A model generated the notes under the pieces. That model did not search any database. It was given only the letters and a program-made list of their open reading frames with translations, and was not told where the DNA came from. Both the position numbers and the translations under genes were made by a program. A stretch of 64,000 nucleotides of DNA from a bacterium (lineage in GTDB: Bacteria; Hydrothermota; Tepidihabitantia; Tepidihabitantales; Tepidihabitantaceae). Of this stretch, positions 46,449 to 55,917 are shown piece by piece; the first letter of the stretch is position 1; every line of letters begins with the position of its first letter. Location of the stretch: assembly GCA_046485285.1 (NCBI GenBank), contig JAWOHE010000089.1, positions 43,432 through 107,431 of the forward strand, in the 5' to 3' direction.

Positions 46449-47954
46449 ATGCTCCGGCTCGCGCTGCTCCTGCTCGCCGCGCTCGCGGCGCCGCTCCCGG
46501 CCGGGCACCGGCTCGGGCTCATCCCCGAGGACCTCGACACGGTGCCGGGAGTGGTCCGGGTCGACCGGATCGCGGCCGCGCCGTGCCGGCCGCTCTGCGA
46601 CACGGTCGTCCGGGTCGACCATTCTGCCAACCTGCCGCCGGTCGGCAACCAGGGCGGCCAGGGCTCCTGCGTGGCCTGGGCCCACGGCTACTACCATATG
46701 ACCCACAACGAGTTCGTCGAGCGCGGCTGGAACGTCCGCGACCCGCGCAACCAGTTCAGCCCGGCGTTCCTCTACAACCAGGTTAACGGCGGACAGGACG
46801 GCGGCACCAGCGGCAGCCGGGTGATGGTGCTCGCCATCGAGCAGGGCTGCGCGACCCTTTTCAGCAAGCCTTACAACCCGACCGACTACTCGAGCTGGCC
46901 GAGCGAGGCGGCGTACTTCAATGCGCTCGAGTTCCGGGGCGAGGAGGCCTGTTTCATCGCCGCCTACGACACTGCGGGCATCAACCGGGTCCGCCAGCAC
47001 CTCGCCAACGGCTACACCGGGGTCATCGGCATCCGGGTCTGGGAGAACTTCGACAACATCCACGAGTTCCGCCACACCTACTGCTCGAGCGAGCGCTACG
47101 GCACGATGCGGGGCTGGCACGCGGTCACCATCGTCGGCTACGACGACACGCTCCCGACCTCGGATGGACCGGGCGCGTTCCGGGTCGTCAACTCGTGGGG
47201 CACGGGCTGGGGCGACGCGGGTTTCTTCTGGATGTCATACGTCGCGGTGATGGACGCCGAGATGGGCGGCCGGCAGGTCGAGTACCTGCGCGACCGCGTC
47301 GACTACCGGCCGGTGCTGGTCGGCCTGGTTACCATCAGCCACCCGACTCGGGACCGGGTCGGTATCGAGCTCGGGGTCGCGCCGGTGATGGGGCCGCCGT
47401 GGAGCTACCCGTTCCGGAGCTGGCGCTCGCCGGCCCGGGACTTCCCGTTCCCCGGCCACCCGATGGTCTTCGACCTGACCGAGGGCGCGGAGTTCCTCGC
47501 CGGCAACGGCGAGGACCGGCTGTTCCTCGGCGTGGTGGACGACCAGTGCGAGGGCGCGACCGGGTCGATCACCGGGTTCTCGGTCGAGCACCTCGACTGG
47601 GGAACGCGGGGCGTGTCGGGCGATCCGCCGGTGGCGATACCGGACGACGGGGAGCCGGTGTTCGCACTCGCGCAACTGCCGGCGAGCGGGATCGCGGGGG
47701 GCGCGGCCGGCGGACGGCCGGGCGCGGCCGTGGCGACCATTGTGCGCGGCAGCCTGAGCCTCACGGGCTTGGGACACGATCCCGGTTCGGAGAACCGAAG
47801 CGGGTCATGCCCCGCGCTCCTCCTCGACATCTCCGGCCGGATGGTGATGGAGCTTCTCCCTGGTGACAACGATGTCCGGCATCTCGCGCCCGGGGTCTAC
47901 TTCGTTCGCAGGCAGGACACCGGCGAATCCAGCCGGCTGGTGCTGGTCGAGTAG
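46449..47954 (+). CDS. Secreted papain-like C1 peptidase with sorting CTD
   Basis: NQGGQGSCVAW, HAVTIVGYDD, NSWGTGWGDAG; CTD. Confidence 0.92.
   Translation: MLRLALLLLAALAAPLPAGHRLGLIPEDLDTVPGVVRVDRIAAAPCRPLCDTVVRVDHSANLPPVGNQGGQGSCVAWAHGYYHMTHNEFVERGWNVRDPRNQFSPAFLYNQVNGGQDGGTSGSRVMVLAIEQGCATLFSKPYNPTDYSSWPSEAAYFNALEFRGEEACFIAAYDTAGINRVRQHLANGYTGVIGIRVWENFDNIHEFRHTYCSSERYGTMRGWHAVTIVGYDDTLPTSDGPGAFRVVNSWGTGWGDAGFFWMSYVAVMDAEMGGRQVEYLRDRVDYRPVLVGLVTISHPTRDRVGIELGVAPVMGPPWSYPFRSWRSPARDFPFPGHPMVFDLTEGAEFLAGNGEDRLFLGVVDDQCEGATGSITGFSVEHLDWGTRGVSGDPPVAIPDDGEPVFALAQLPASGIAGGAAGGRPGAAVATIVRGSLSLTGLGHDPGSENRSGSCPALLLDISGRMVMELLPGDNDVRHLAPGVYFVRRQDTGESSRLVLVE
47768..47816. repeat. Palindromic element in-frame within a CTD, copy 1
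   Basis: cttgggacacgatcccggttcggagaaccgaagcgggtcatgccccgcg; one mismatch versus 57129-57177. Confidence 0.85.
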
Positions 47955-47994
47955 CGCGGCTCAACCCTCAGCTTTCCTCGCGCCAGCCCGCCTG

Positions 47995-48080
47995 GACACC
48001 CCACCCTCGGCTGCACTCCCGGTGTTACTCCCCCGGTAACTACCCCAGTAATACCGGGGATAGGGGATGGGGGAAATTCA
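47995..48080 (+). repeat. Short copy of the 12-bp minisatellite element
   Basis: gcactccc leader; units ctcccggtgtta/ctcccccggtaa/ctaccccagtaa; G-rich end then an AT-rich tail. Confidence 0.65.
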
Positions 48081-48206
48081 GACAGGGACTAATTTCTTGA
48101 TGTACCGGTGATTAGGTGGAGTCGACGCGATTATGGGAATTGCGTGATTGCCATCTTTGCGCATTCGGAGTTTTGTGTCAGGGCGTCGAGTCAGGGTCCG
48201 GCCGGG

Positions 48207-49937
48207 CTAGCGGAGGAGTTTCAGCGCCTTCTCGATGTGCTCGTCGCGGCCCTCGCGGAGGGCCCTTAGCGTGCGCCGGACGGGCACGGTCGGCCGGATG
48301 CCGAGGAGGTGGTGCTGGGAGCCGTCGAACCTCGTGACCTTCATCCCGGTCCAGGAGAAGCGGAACGCGCCGGGCAGGGGCAGGAGAAGGATGTTGCCAT
48401 TGGCGCCCGCGGTCGGGCTGCCGACGATCTCGCCGAGCCTGAATCCCTCGACGTAGCCGAGGACCGACTCGGCGTAGGAGATGGCGCTGGAGTCGGCGAG
48501 GAACACGGCCCGGCCCCGGAAGTGCGGCTCGTCGGGCCGGATGTGCTCCCAGCCGAACCCGTCCCAGCCCGAGATGCGCTCGCGGTCCGGCCAGGCGGTG
48601 CGCGAGATGAACATCCACTTCTCCCCGCGTTTCTCCTCGCCGGTGAGGAGGTAGCCGAGGACGCCCTCGTTCCGGTTCGGGTAGCCGCGCAGGTCGAAGA
48701 TGACGCCGCGCGCCCGCGCCAGCTTGCGCAGGTTCGAGTTGATTTCGTCGAGCGCGCGGTTGAGGTCGACGTACCAGATGCCGGGTTCGAGCTCCCGGAC
48801 ACACTCGCCGGTGTCGGGCGGGAACGGGCGGGAGGGGTCGCCCGGCATCGCGCTGGCCCGGATGGTGTCGGTCCCGCGCTCGACGAGCAGGCTGAGCGAG
48901 GCGGTCTTCGGGCCGAGAAGGAGCCGGTTGAGGCTGCGCGCGCGGCGCCACTGGGGCGAGCCGGAGACGTGCTGCTCCTCCTCCTTGAGCAGCCTGTCGA
49001 CGGGCCGGCCGTCGACCTCGAGCAGGACGTCACCCCGGCGCAGGCCGGTGTCGGCGGCGGCCGCGACGACGACGACGCGCTCCTCGACGAACTCGAGCCG
49101 GGCCCGGACGACGCCGTCGTCGCGGCGCAGGTCGACCGCGCCGGCGTGTCCGTCGTGAAGCGCGACGGCCATCCGCCGGAGGGTGCGGTGGAAACCGGCG
49201 CGGTCGGTGGCGTCGAGCGCCGCGGCGAGCGTCTCGGTCAGCACCGCGTCCCAGTCGGTCGGCACGACGTCGAAGTAGGGGTAGAAGTGCCGGGCGGCGG
49301 TCCAGGCGATGACGACCGCGCCGAGCCGGACGTCGGGCGGCGGGTCGCCGGGCGGGTCGAGCTCGACCGCGTCGAGCGCGGCCTGCAGGCGCTCGAGCGC
49401 GGTCGTGTCCGCGAATGGCAGGGTCTCGCCGTATTTCGACCAGATGCAGAGCGGTACGCGGCAGGCGAGCTCCCGGTCGAGCGGCTTGTCGACGTACTCG
49501 CCCGGCGCCGGGCAGTCCCCGAACGCGGGCAGGTCGCCGCCGCCGTCGTGCATCGGCCGGTTGGTGCGCAGGCTGGAGTAGACGCTCAGGGTGCCGTAGG
49601 TCTGTTCGAGGAAGCGCTCGGCCTCCGGGAGCCTGAGGCCGCGGTGCTGCCAGCAGACCGGCAGGCAGGTCGCGTCGTCGCCGGACAGTTCCGGCGCGCG
49701 CGGCCCGGTCCCGGCGCCGCAGACCTGCACCGTCGGGGCGACCGGGCCGAACAGTCCGGCCAGCGTCGAGCGGAGCGACCCGGCGTCGGCGCAGTCGAGC
49801 ACCCGCGCGGCGCCGAGCACGGCGAGCCGGGCCCAGTCGATCGAGCTCGCCTCGTCGCTCGGGTGGAAGAAGCGGGCGTAGCCGTAGAGCCGGGCGAACG
49901 CCCGCAGGTTGGCGACCGCGTCGGCCCGGGCCGTCAT
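48207..49937 (-). CDS. S41 family peptidase (PDZ plus tail-specific protease domain)
   Basis: LYGYARFFHPSD, LHDGH, FDLRGYP, AISYAE, GSPTAGANG, GIRP. Confidence 0.88.
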   Translation of the reverse strand: MTARADAVANLRAFARLYGYARFFHPSDEASSIDWARLAVLGAARVLDCADAGSLRSTLAGLFGPVAPTVQVCGAGTGPRAPELSGDDATCLPVCWQHRGLRLPEAERFLEQTYGTLSVYSSLRTNRPMHDGGGDLPAFGDCPAPGEYVDKPLDRELACRVPLCIWSKYGETLPFADTTALERLQAALDAVELDPPGDPPPDVRLGAVVIAWTAARHFYPYFDVVPTDWDAVLTETLAAALDATDRAGFHRTLRRMAVALHDGHAGAVDLRRDDGVVRARLEFVEERVVVVAAAADTGLRRGDVLLEVDGRPVDRLLKEEEQHVSGSPQWRRARSLNRLLLGPKTASLSLLVERGTDTIRASAMPGDPSRPFPPDTGECVRELEPGIWYVDLNRALDEINSNLRKLARARGVIFDLRGYPNRNEGVLGYLLTGEEKRGEKWMFISRTAWPDRERISGWDGFGWEHIRPDEPHFRGRAVFLADSSAISYAESVLGYVEGFRLGEIVGSPTAGANGNILLLPLPGAFRFSWTGMKVTRFDGSQHHLLGIRPTVPVRRTLRALREGRDEHIEKALKLLR

Positions 49938-50038
49938 CTCCGGGCCTGCCCGGGGCGGGTCCCCGCACGATGCCTGCCGTTCATCGTGGCGATTCTATGC
50001 CACAATCGCACGGGTTGTCAAGCGGCGGCGGGCGGGCG

Positions 50039-50500
50039 TCAGGCGCGCGGGGCCGGTCCGCGGACGAGGTGCTTCGGGATCAGCCGCCAGAGGCGGTCGC
50101 AGTTGCGGCCGGTGGCCCGGAGCTGGGCGCCGACCTGTTCCGGCCCGAGCTTGAGGTTGACGTGCAGGCTCGAGTCCCTGGTGGCCCGCCGCGCGTCGTA
50201 CTTGTGCGCGATGATGTCGAAGGTCATCGGCGTTGACAGGGGGACTGCGACGAACTTGGCGACATCAGTGGCCAGCTCGCTGATGTTCGCGGTCAGCCAC
50301 CAGTGGGCGGTGAACGCCACGAGGCTCTCGGCGTGCCGCTTGTTGACCTCGCTCAGGTACTCGGAGACAAACAGGTCGATGACTTCCTCGGACGAGAGGG
50401 CGCGCAGGCGCTGGTAGGCGGTCATTAGCGCCCGCGCCTGGTGCTCGGGCAGTCCCAGGCAGGCCACGTGTACCTTCATCTGGCTTACGGTCCAGCTCAT
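50039..50500 (-). CDS. Hypothetical protein
   Basis: AAGGAGG RBS before ATG; coding-like composition. Confidence 0.6.
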   Translation of the reverse strand: MSWTVSQMKVHVACLGLPEHQARALMTAYQRLRALSSEEVIDLFVSEYLSEVNKRHAESLVAFTAHWWLTANISELATDVAKFVAVPLSTPMTFDIIAHKYDARRATRDSSLHVNLKLGPEQVGAQLRATGRNCDRLWRLIPKHLVRGPAPRA

Positions 50501-50726
50501 TGGTCCTCCTTCTGGTCGTCCCAAGGCCCGGGCCTCCGCGCTGGCCTGCGGCAGTCTCCGCCGGCCCGCGGCGGATTAGCGTGTCGGCCGTGGTGATTAT
50601 GCGGCCGGAACGGCCGGGTTGTCAAGAGACGGCGGGTGGCGCCGCCGGGACCGCGCGAACGGGAGCCGGGCCGGCAAGGGCGATGGCGGCGCTCGCGACT
50701 CCGGGCCCCGGAGTCAGCTGGCCCCG

Positions 50727-50870
50727 TCAGGTGGGCCGTGGGGATTCCGGGGGCGGGAACTGCTCGCGCGGGCGGGGGTTGCAGCGGCTCGACAACATCG
50801 AGGCGAGGAGCAGTCCGCCCAGGACGATGAGGATGACCGGCCACCACGACCGCAGGGAGTCGTCGCTCAT
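50727..50870 (-). CDS. 47-aa single-TM small protein (below the ORF-track cutoff)
   Basis: MSDDSLRSWWPVILIVLGGLLLASMLSSRC..; GAGG RBS; TTGACA..TAGACT upstream. Confidence 0.55.
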   Translation of the reverse strand: MSDDSLRSWWPVILIVLGGLLLASMLSSRCNPRPREQFPPPESPRPT

Positions 50871-50969
50871 GGTCGCCTCGGCCCGGTCCCGGGAATCCGG
50901 TGCTCGATCATCGACCGTAGTCTAGCCGGGCCGCGGCCGGGGTGTCAAGGTCGGCGGGCGGTGGCCGCG

Positions 50970-51626
50970 CTACTCGGGCTCGCCGAGCCTGTGCTCGAGC
51001 GCGTCGCGCCTGGCCTTCAGCCGGGCGGGCTGGACGTAGTAGAAGTCGAAGAGGCCCTCGATCACGTCGAGGTTCAGCTCGGTCTCACCCGGATCGGCGT
51101 CACAGACCTGCCCGGGCAAGCTGCTCTTGGCGGGATGGCCGGCGAAGTTGCCGATCCGGGGAACGGCGGCGAGGTCGACGGCAAGCTCGGCCGGGAGGTG
51201 GCCCTTGTCGAGCGCCTCGAGTATCTCGACCGCGAGGTCGGCGTGCCTGACCCCGGTCCTGGTCCGGAGGATGCTCTGCAGACAGCGCCGGCTCAGTGCC
51301 GCGCTCGCCCGGGGGCTCAAGTGGGATACCTCGCAGGCTTCCTCGTAGTCGGCCGCGATGCCCGGTGACTCGGTCCTGACTTCCTCCGGGGCCGGCGGCC
51401 GGCCCGACCCGAGCGGGCGGAACCGGAGGACCGGCTCCCACGGCTCGGGCAGGCCGAGCAGGCTGACCGACACGCGGGAGGGCGTCCGTGTCTCGAGGGT
51501 CAGGGTGTTCTTCCGACAGCTCGGGCACCGCACCGCGTCGACGCGCCAGTAGCCGTCGTGGTCCGCCGGCAGGACGACGTGGCTGTGCCCGGGGTCAATC
51601 TCCTTCAGGCAGTGTGGACACCTCAT
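50970..51626 (-). CDS. DUF4145 (HEPN-like) protein with N-terminal zinc ribbon
   Basis: CPHC..CPSC; DYEEA..SPRASAALSRRCLQ; RIGNFAGH. Confidence 0.82.
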   Translation of the reverse strand: MRCPHCLKEIDPGHSHVVLPADHDGYWRVDAVRCPSCRKNTLTLETRTPSRVSVSLLGLPEPWEPVLRFRPLGSGRPPAPEEVRTESPGIAADYEEACEVSHLSPRASAALSRRCLQSILRTRTGVRHADLAVEILEALDKGHLPAELAVDLAAVPRIGNFAGHPAKSSLPGQVCDADPGETELNLDVIEGLFDFYYVQPARLKARRDALEHRLGEPE

Positions 51627-51773
51627 ACGTACCTCCCACGGGCGGCCGGGCCGGTCGGGGATCGGGTTACTGGCTCGGCCATGGGCAAGGATAGCGGAGA
51701 TTCGGCCGGTCGTCAAGTGAGCGCTGGCGGTTCCAACGGCCCCCTCGGGAGCGCGGCTACCGGCCCGGTGAAA

Positions 51774-51803
51774 TGGAAACAGCCCCGGTTCGGGGCTGTT
51801 TCA
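51774..51803. terminator. Intrinsic terminator
   Basis: gaaacagcccc-ggttc-ggggctgtttc hairpin downstream of the 51823 gene. Confidence 0.65.
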
Positions 51804-51822
51804 ATCTGGCTACGCGGACCGG

Positions 51823-52425
51823 CTACTGCCCGGCGGGCTCGGGCTGGCCGGTCTTGACTGCGACCGCGATCTCAGTCTTGAGCGACTCGGGCGGGGTCGC
51901 CTGCGGGTCGCTCAGGTAGAACTCGATGGCCGGGCCGGCAACCGTCATCCCCTTCGCGTCGACCCACATCTCGAGGCTGTCGTGGGCCGCGCCGATGCCG
52001 TCATACGGGCCGGTGTAGGTCGCGAAGGCGACTTGGATGCCGCCGAACGGCTTGACCGTGACGCCGGAGGCCGGGTCGGCGATGGTGCCGGTCGGGACCG
52101 GCAGGCAGATCTCCCAGGCCGCGCTGTCGGCCGGGGTCTCGGGCGAGCTGAGGAACACGCCGAAGGGCGCGCCGGCCGGCACGACCCCGGCGGTTCCGGC
52201 CCAGGCCATCAGCTTGCCCATCGCCTCGGGGAACAGCGAGAACGGTCCGGTGACCTCGAGCGAGGCAACGGTCATTGAGTCGAGCACTTTCAGCGAAGCC
52301 GCGTAGTTGAGCTCGGGCTTCGTCTCGGTCTGCTGCGGGGCCGGCTGGCCGCCGCAGCCGGCCAGCACTGCCAGCAGCGCCGCGATCGCGGCGAGGCCGG
52401 GCAGACTGACATTGGCTGTACGCAT
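51823..52425 (-). CDS. GyrI-like small-molecule-binding lipoprotein
   Basis: LAGC lipobox; YTGPYDGIG.AH..L..W..EFYL.DP..L.TEI. Confidence 0.85.
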   Translation of the reverse strand: MRTANVSLPGLAAIAALLAVLAGCGGQPAPQQTETKPELNYAASLKVLDSMTVASLEVTGPFSLFPEAMGKLMAWAGTAGVVPAGAPFGVFLSSPETPADSAAWEICLPVPTGTIADPASGVTVKPFGGIQVAFATYTGPYDGIGAAHDSLEMWVDAKGMTVAGPAIEFYLSDPQATPPESLKTEIAVAVKTGQPEPAGQ

Positions 52426-52630
52426 CTGCGTAGTTGTCCTTTCGCCCCGGAGCCGTCAAACGCCTTCGTCTGAGGTTGTCACTTGGGGCGGACAATGGTA
52501 TGGAAAGCCGGCCCGCTGTCAAGGCCGCGCTTGACGAACAGGCGGGTTGGGCTACAATCCCGGGTTCGCGCCGGAGACCGCGCGGCCGCGCCGGTCCCGG
52601 CGGAGGCATTCGCATCAAGGAGGAACCGTG

Positions 52631-53344
52631 ATGAAGCGGCTGATGGTCCTGACCGTAATCGTGGCGGCGGTGCTGAGCTTCGCCGGCTGCGAGAAGCAGA
52701 CCAAGCTGGTCGGCACGCTGATCCTGCAGACCGGGCAGACCGGCGACGTCCAGAACAGCAAGGTCCAGTTGTTCCTTTCGGCCGACCTGACCGGCAACCC
52801 GGTCAAGGAGGTCGGGTCGAAGTCGGAGGGCAACGCGTCCCGGTCCGCGTTCGAGTTCACCGACGTCCTGCCCGGCTACTACTACGTGCTGGCCTGGAAG
52901 GACCTGAACGGCGACGGCGTCGTCAGCGACAAGGACATCGTCGGCATCCACGGCGGTACCTACCGGCCCGGCTACGGCGGGTCGCAGGTGACCGTGTCGG
53001 AGGGCAAGACGACCGACGTCGGCGACATCGTGATGCTGATCTACAAGGAGCTGAAGACCACCGCGAGCGGGACCCGGACCCAGGGCGGGACGGTGACCGA
53101 CTTCAGCTACTCCTTCAACTACGACGTTTCGCTGAGCCGGTTCTCGATCGTCTTCCCGGACGAGCCCGGGGTCGAGTACGAGGACAGCCGCCAGCCCGGG
53201 TCGAAGACCGGCGGGCAGACCTACACTTCCGAGGGCTGGAACATGGGCGGCGCGCCGATGCCGTCCGGGAGCCACATCCTCCGGTTCCAGGGCACCTGGG
53301 AAGGCACCGCGTTCGACATCTCGATAACGGTCGGGGTCAGCTAG
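52631..53344 (+). CDS. Hypothetical lipoprotein
   Basis: AAGGAGG RBS, FAGC lipobox, DLNGDG motif; TTGACG-16-TACAAT promoter. Confidence 0.8.
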   Translation: MKRLMVLTVIVAAVLSFAGCEKQTKLVGTLILQTGQTGDVQNSKVQLFLSADLTGNPVKEVGSKSEGNASRSAFEFTDVLPGYYYVLAWKDLNGDGVVSDKDIVGIHGGTYRPGYGGSQVTVSEGKTTDVGDIVMLIYKELKTTASGTRTQGGTVTDFSYSFNYDVSLSRFSIVFPDEPGVEYEDSRQPGSKTGGQTYTSEGWNMGGAPMPSGSHILRFQGTWEGTAFDISITVGVS

Positions 53345-53364
53345 GCCGCGACGACCGAGGTTCG

Positions 53365-53398
53365 CGCCGGAGGGGCCGTTGCCCCTCCGGCGTCTTCG
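53365..53398 (+). terminator. Intrinsic terminator
   Basis: cgccggagggg..cccctccggcg followed by tcttc. Confidence 0.55.
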
Positions 53399-53523
53399 TC
53401 AAGGCATTGACAGGACCCGGTCCCGACCGATAATCTCATCGGACCGGGAGGCGTGGTGATCGGGCAGGGGGCAGAGAGAGCCTGACGCGGCCGGGAGGCC
53501 GCATGGACCGAAAGGAGGCAGCA

Positions 53524-55908
53524 ATGGACCGTGGGACGAAGCTGGCGGCAGCGCTTCTTGCCGTCGTCTCACTGGGCGCCGGGCAGTACCTCGAGTTCAC
53601 CACCGCCCTGCCTGATACCTTCGGGTACCTCTACGACCCGACCGACATCACCATCAACCCGGTTTCGGGCAACTGCTGGGTCGCGGGCGTCGGCGGCCTG
53701 CTGGTGTTCGACCCGGTGACGCGCACCAAGGTGCGCCGGCTCGAGGCCGACGGCGTGCTCGTCACCTGCCCGGACGCGGGCAAGGGCTACGCCGTCTCGC
53801 GGGAGGGGCTGACGGTGCTTGACCTCGGCGCGGACACGGTGCTCGGCCGGGTCGAACTGCCGGCCTACGCCGACTACCTGTCTGCGACCTGGAGCCGGAC
53901 GACAAACCGGCTGTACATCGTCGCGAACTACGATGACGAGTGGGACCACGTCGTGCGGGTGCTCGACGTCGCGACCGACGAGTGGGTGGCCGAGCTGCCG
54001 TTCGAGGATTGGCTGACCGCGCCGGTATGGGACCCGGTCCTCGACCGGGTGCTGGTCGGCGTCGACCGCTACACCCGGGACAGCAGTTGTCTCGCCGCGA
54101 TTGACTGCGGGCCGGATACGCTCGCGGCGTTCGCACCGGTGCTGGACGCCGGCTTCACGATGCTGGCGCTCAACCCCGGGGGTCGGAAGGTATACTGCAC
54201 GGGCGTCCCCGTGACCGGCTGGCCGGTGGCCAGCGTCGTGGACGCGGACAGCTACGCGGTCACCGGCGCGCTGGCCGGGGTCCGGAGCATGATGTTGCTC
54301 TACAACCCGGTCGTTGACCGCGCGTACTGCGGGATCGGGGATTCGGTCCAGATCTTTGACGGCCGGACCGACAGCCTGCGGGCCGAGGTCGGGCTGGCGG
54401 GTATGGTCTACTCGTCACGCGGCTTCCGGCCCGGGCTGGCGGCGAGCCCGCGCACGGGCAGGGTCTATGTCGCGCTCGAATGGCCGCCCGGGGTCGCGGT
54501 CATCGATACCTTCGACGTCGCGCGGACCGCGGCGCTCCTCCCCGAGTTGTCGCGGATGCGGGGCGGGCCGCCGGCCGCAAGCCCGCTTGCCGACGTCGTG
54601 GTCAGCGCGCTGTACGAGGACACGGTGCTGGTGATTGACGCCGCCGCGGATACGCTCGCGGGCGCGATCGAGTATGACTGCATCAGCATCCGGGCGCTGG
54701 TGCACAACCCGGCGGGCAACCGGCTCTACGCCGCGGACCCGAACGCCGATGAACTGCACGTGCTCGGCTCGGACCTCGCCCGGCTCGGCCGCATCCCGCT
54801 GGCCGGTTTCAGCGCCGACGCGGCGGTCATCGTCAACCCGGCCCTGAACCGGCTCTATCTTGCCGACGACGCCCTGCTCCAGGTCGTCGACTGCAACACC
54901 GACTCGCTCATCGCCAGGCTGCCGATTCCCGGGGTCGAGGAGGCACGGCTGGTGCTCTACCCGCCGCTTGGCAGGCTCTACGTCTTCGCGGCGAACGACT
55001 ACGTCGAAGCGCCGGTCCACGTCTACGACTGCCTGCGCAACGAGATCGTCGGCGCCGTGCCGGTCGACGACGAGGTGCCATGCGCGGCCTACCACCCGCG
55101 CTCGGACCGCATCTACTTCGCCTGCAAGACACCGCCGAACTTCCGCGTCCTCGACCCGCGCACCGACAGCATCGTCGACACGCTCCGGCTCGGGGCCGAC
55201 GTCAACTACGGCAAGATGCTGGCCAACACCGAGCAGGACGTCATCTACTTCGTCAACGACGTCAGCGACAAGCTCTACACCTTCGACGTCCGCGGCGGGG
55301 CGGCGGTGGACTCGGTCCCGCTGGCGTTCGACGCCGACACGCTGTTCTGGAGCCGGCGCAGCAGCAAGCTCTATGTCGTGCGCGAGGCCGTGGCCGGCAA
55401 CGTGCAGGTCCTCGACTGCCGGACGGGCGAGCTGTCCGAGCCCCGTTCGGTCGAGTACGAGAAAGCCGGGGCGCTTGACGAGCGGTACGACAAGCTCTAC
55501 TTCGGCGGCTCGGGCAACTACCGGACCGCGGTCATCGACTGCCGGACCGATTCGGTCGAATACCTGCCGTTCGCCGGGACCTACCCGGGGGCGATGGCCT
55601 GGAACCCGCTCGACAGCCGGGTCTACGCGGTCCGGACAAACCGGTTCAGCGTCTACCGCCAGGACGCGCCCGGCATCGCCGGCGGGTCGCCGAGCGCGCG
55701 CCGCCGGCCGGGCGCGACGGTCATCCGCGCGATGCTGGAGATTGCCGGCCGCGAGCCGGCGGTTCTGCTCGACATCACCGGGCGGAGGGTGATGGAGCTT
55801 GCGCCGGGCGAGAACGACGTCCGGCATCTCGCGCCGGGCGTGTACTTCCTGCTACCGGCGGGGGCGCGGGATGCGTCCGGGGTCCGCAAAGTCATTGTCC
55901 AGCGATAG
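53524..55908 (+). CDS. YncE/YVTN-like beta-propeller repeat protein with sorting CTD
   Basis: Repeats NP..NRLY..VIDC.TDS; CTD LLDITGRRVMEL.PG.NDVRHLAPGVYF. Confidence 0.85.
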   Translation: MDRGTKLAAALLAVVSLGAGQYLEFTTALPDTFGYLYDPTDITINPVSGNCWVAGVGGLLVFDPVTRTKVRRLEADGVLVTCPDAGKGYAVSREGLTVLDLGADTVLGRVELPAYADYLSATWSRTTNRLYIVANYDDEWDHVVRVLDVATDEWVAELPFEDWLTAPVWDPVLDRVLVGVDRYTRDSSCLAAIDCGPDTLAAFAPVLDAGFTMLALNPGGRKVYCTGVPVTGWPVASVVDADSYAVTGALAGVRSMMLLYNPVVDRAYCGIGDSVQIFDGRTDSLRAEVGLAGMVYSSRGFRPGLAASPRTGRVYVALEWPPGVAVIDTFDVARTAALLPELSRMRGGPPAASPLADVVVSALYEDTVLVIDAAADTLAGAIEYDCISIRALVHNPAGNRLYAADPNADELHVLGSDLARLGRIPLAGFSADAAVIVNPALNRLYLADDALLQVVDCNTDSLIARLPIPGVEEARLVLYPPLGRLYVFAANDYVEAPVHVYDCLRNEIVGAVPVDDEVPCAAYHPRSDRIYFACKTPPNFRVLDPRTDSIVDTLRLGADVNYGKMLANTEQDVIYFVNDVSDKLYTFDVRGGAAVDSVPLAFDADTLFWSRRSSKLYVVREAVAGNVQVLDCRTGELSEPRSVEYEKAGALDERYDKLYFGGSGNYRTAVIDCRTDSVEYLPFAGTYPGAMAWNPLDSRVYAVRTNRFSVYRQDAPGIAGGSPSARRRPGATVIRAMLEIAGREPAVLLDITGRRVMELAPGENDVRHLAPGVYFLLPAGARDASGVRKVIVQR

Positions 55909-55917
55909 GAGGGTGAG

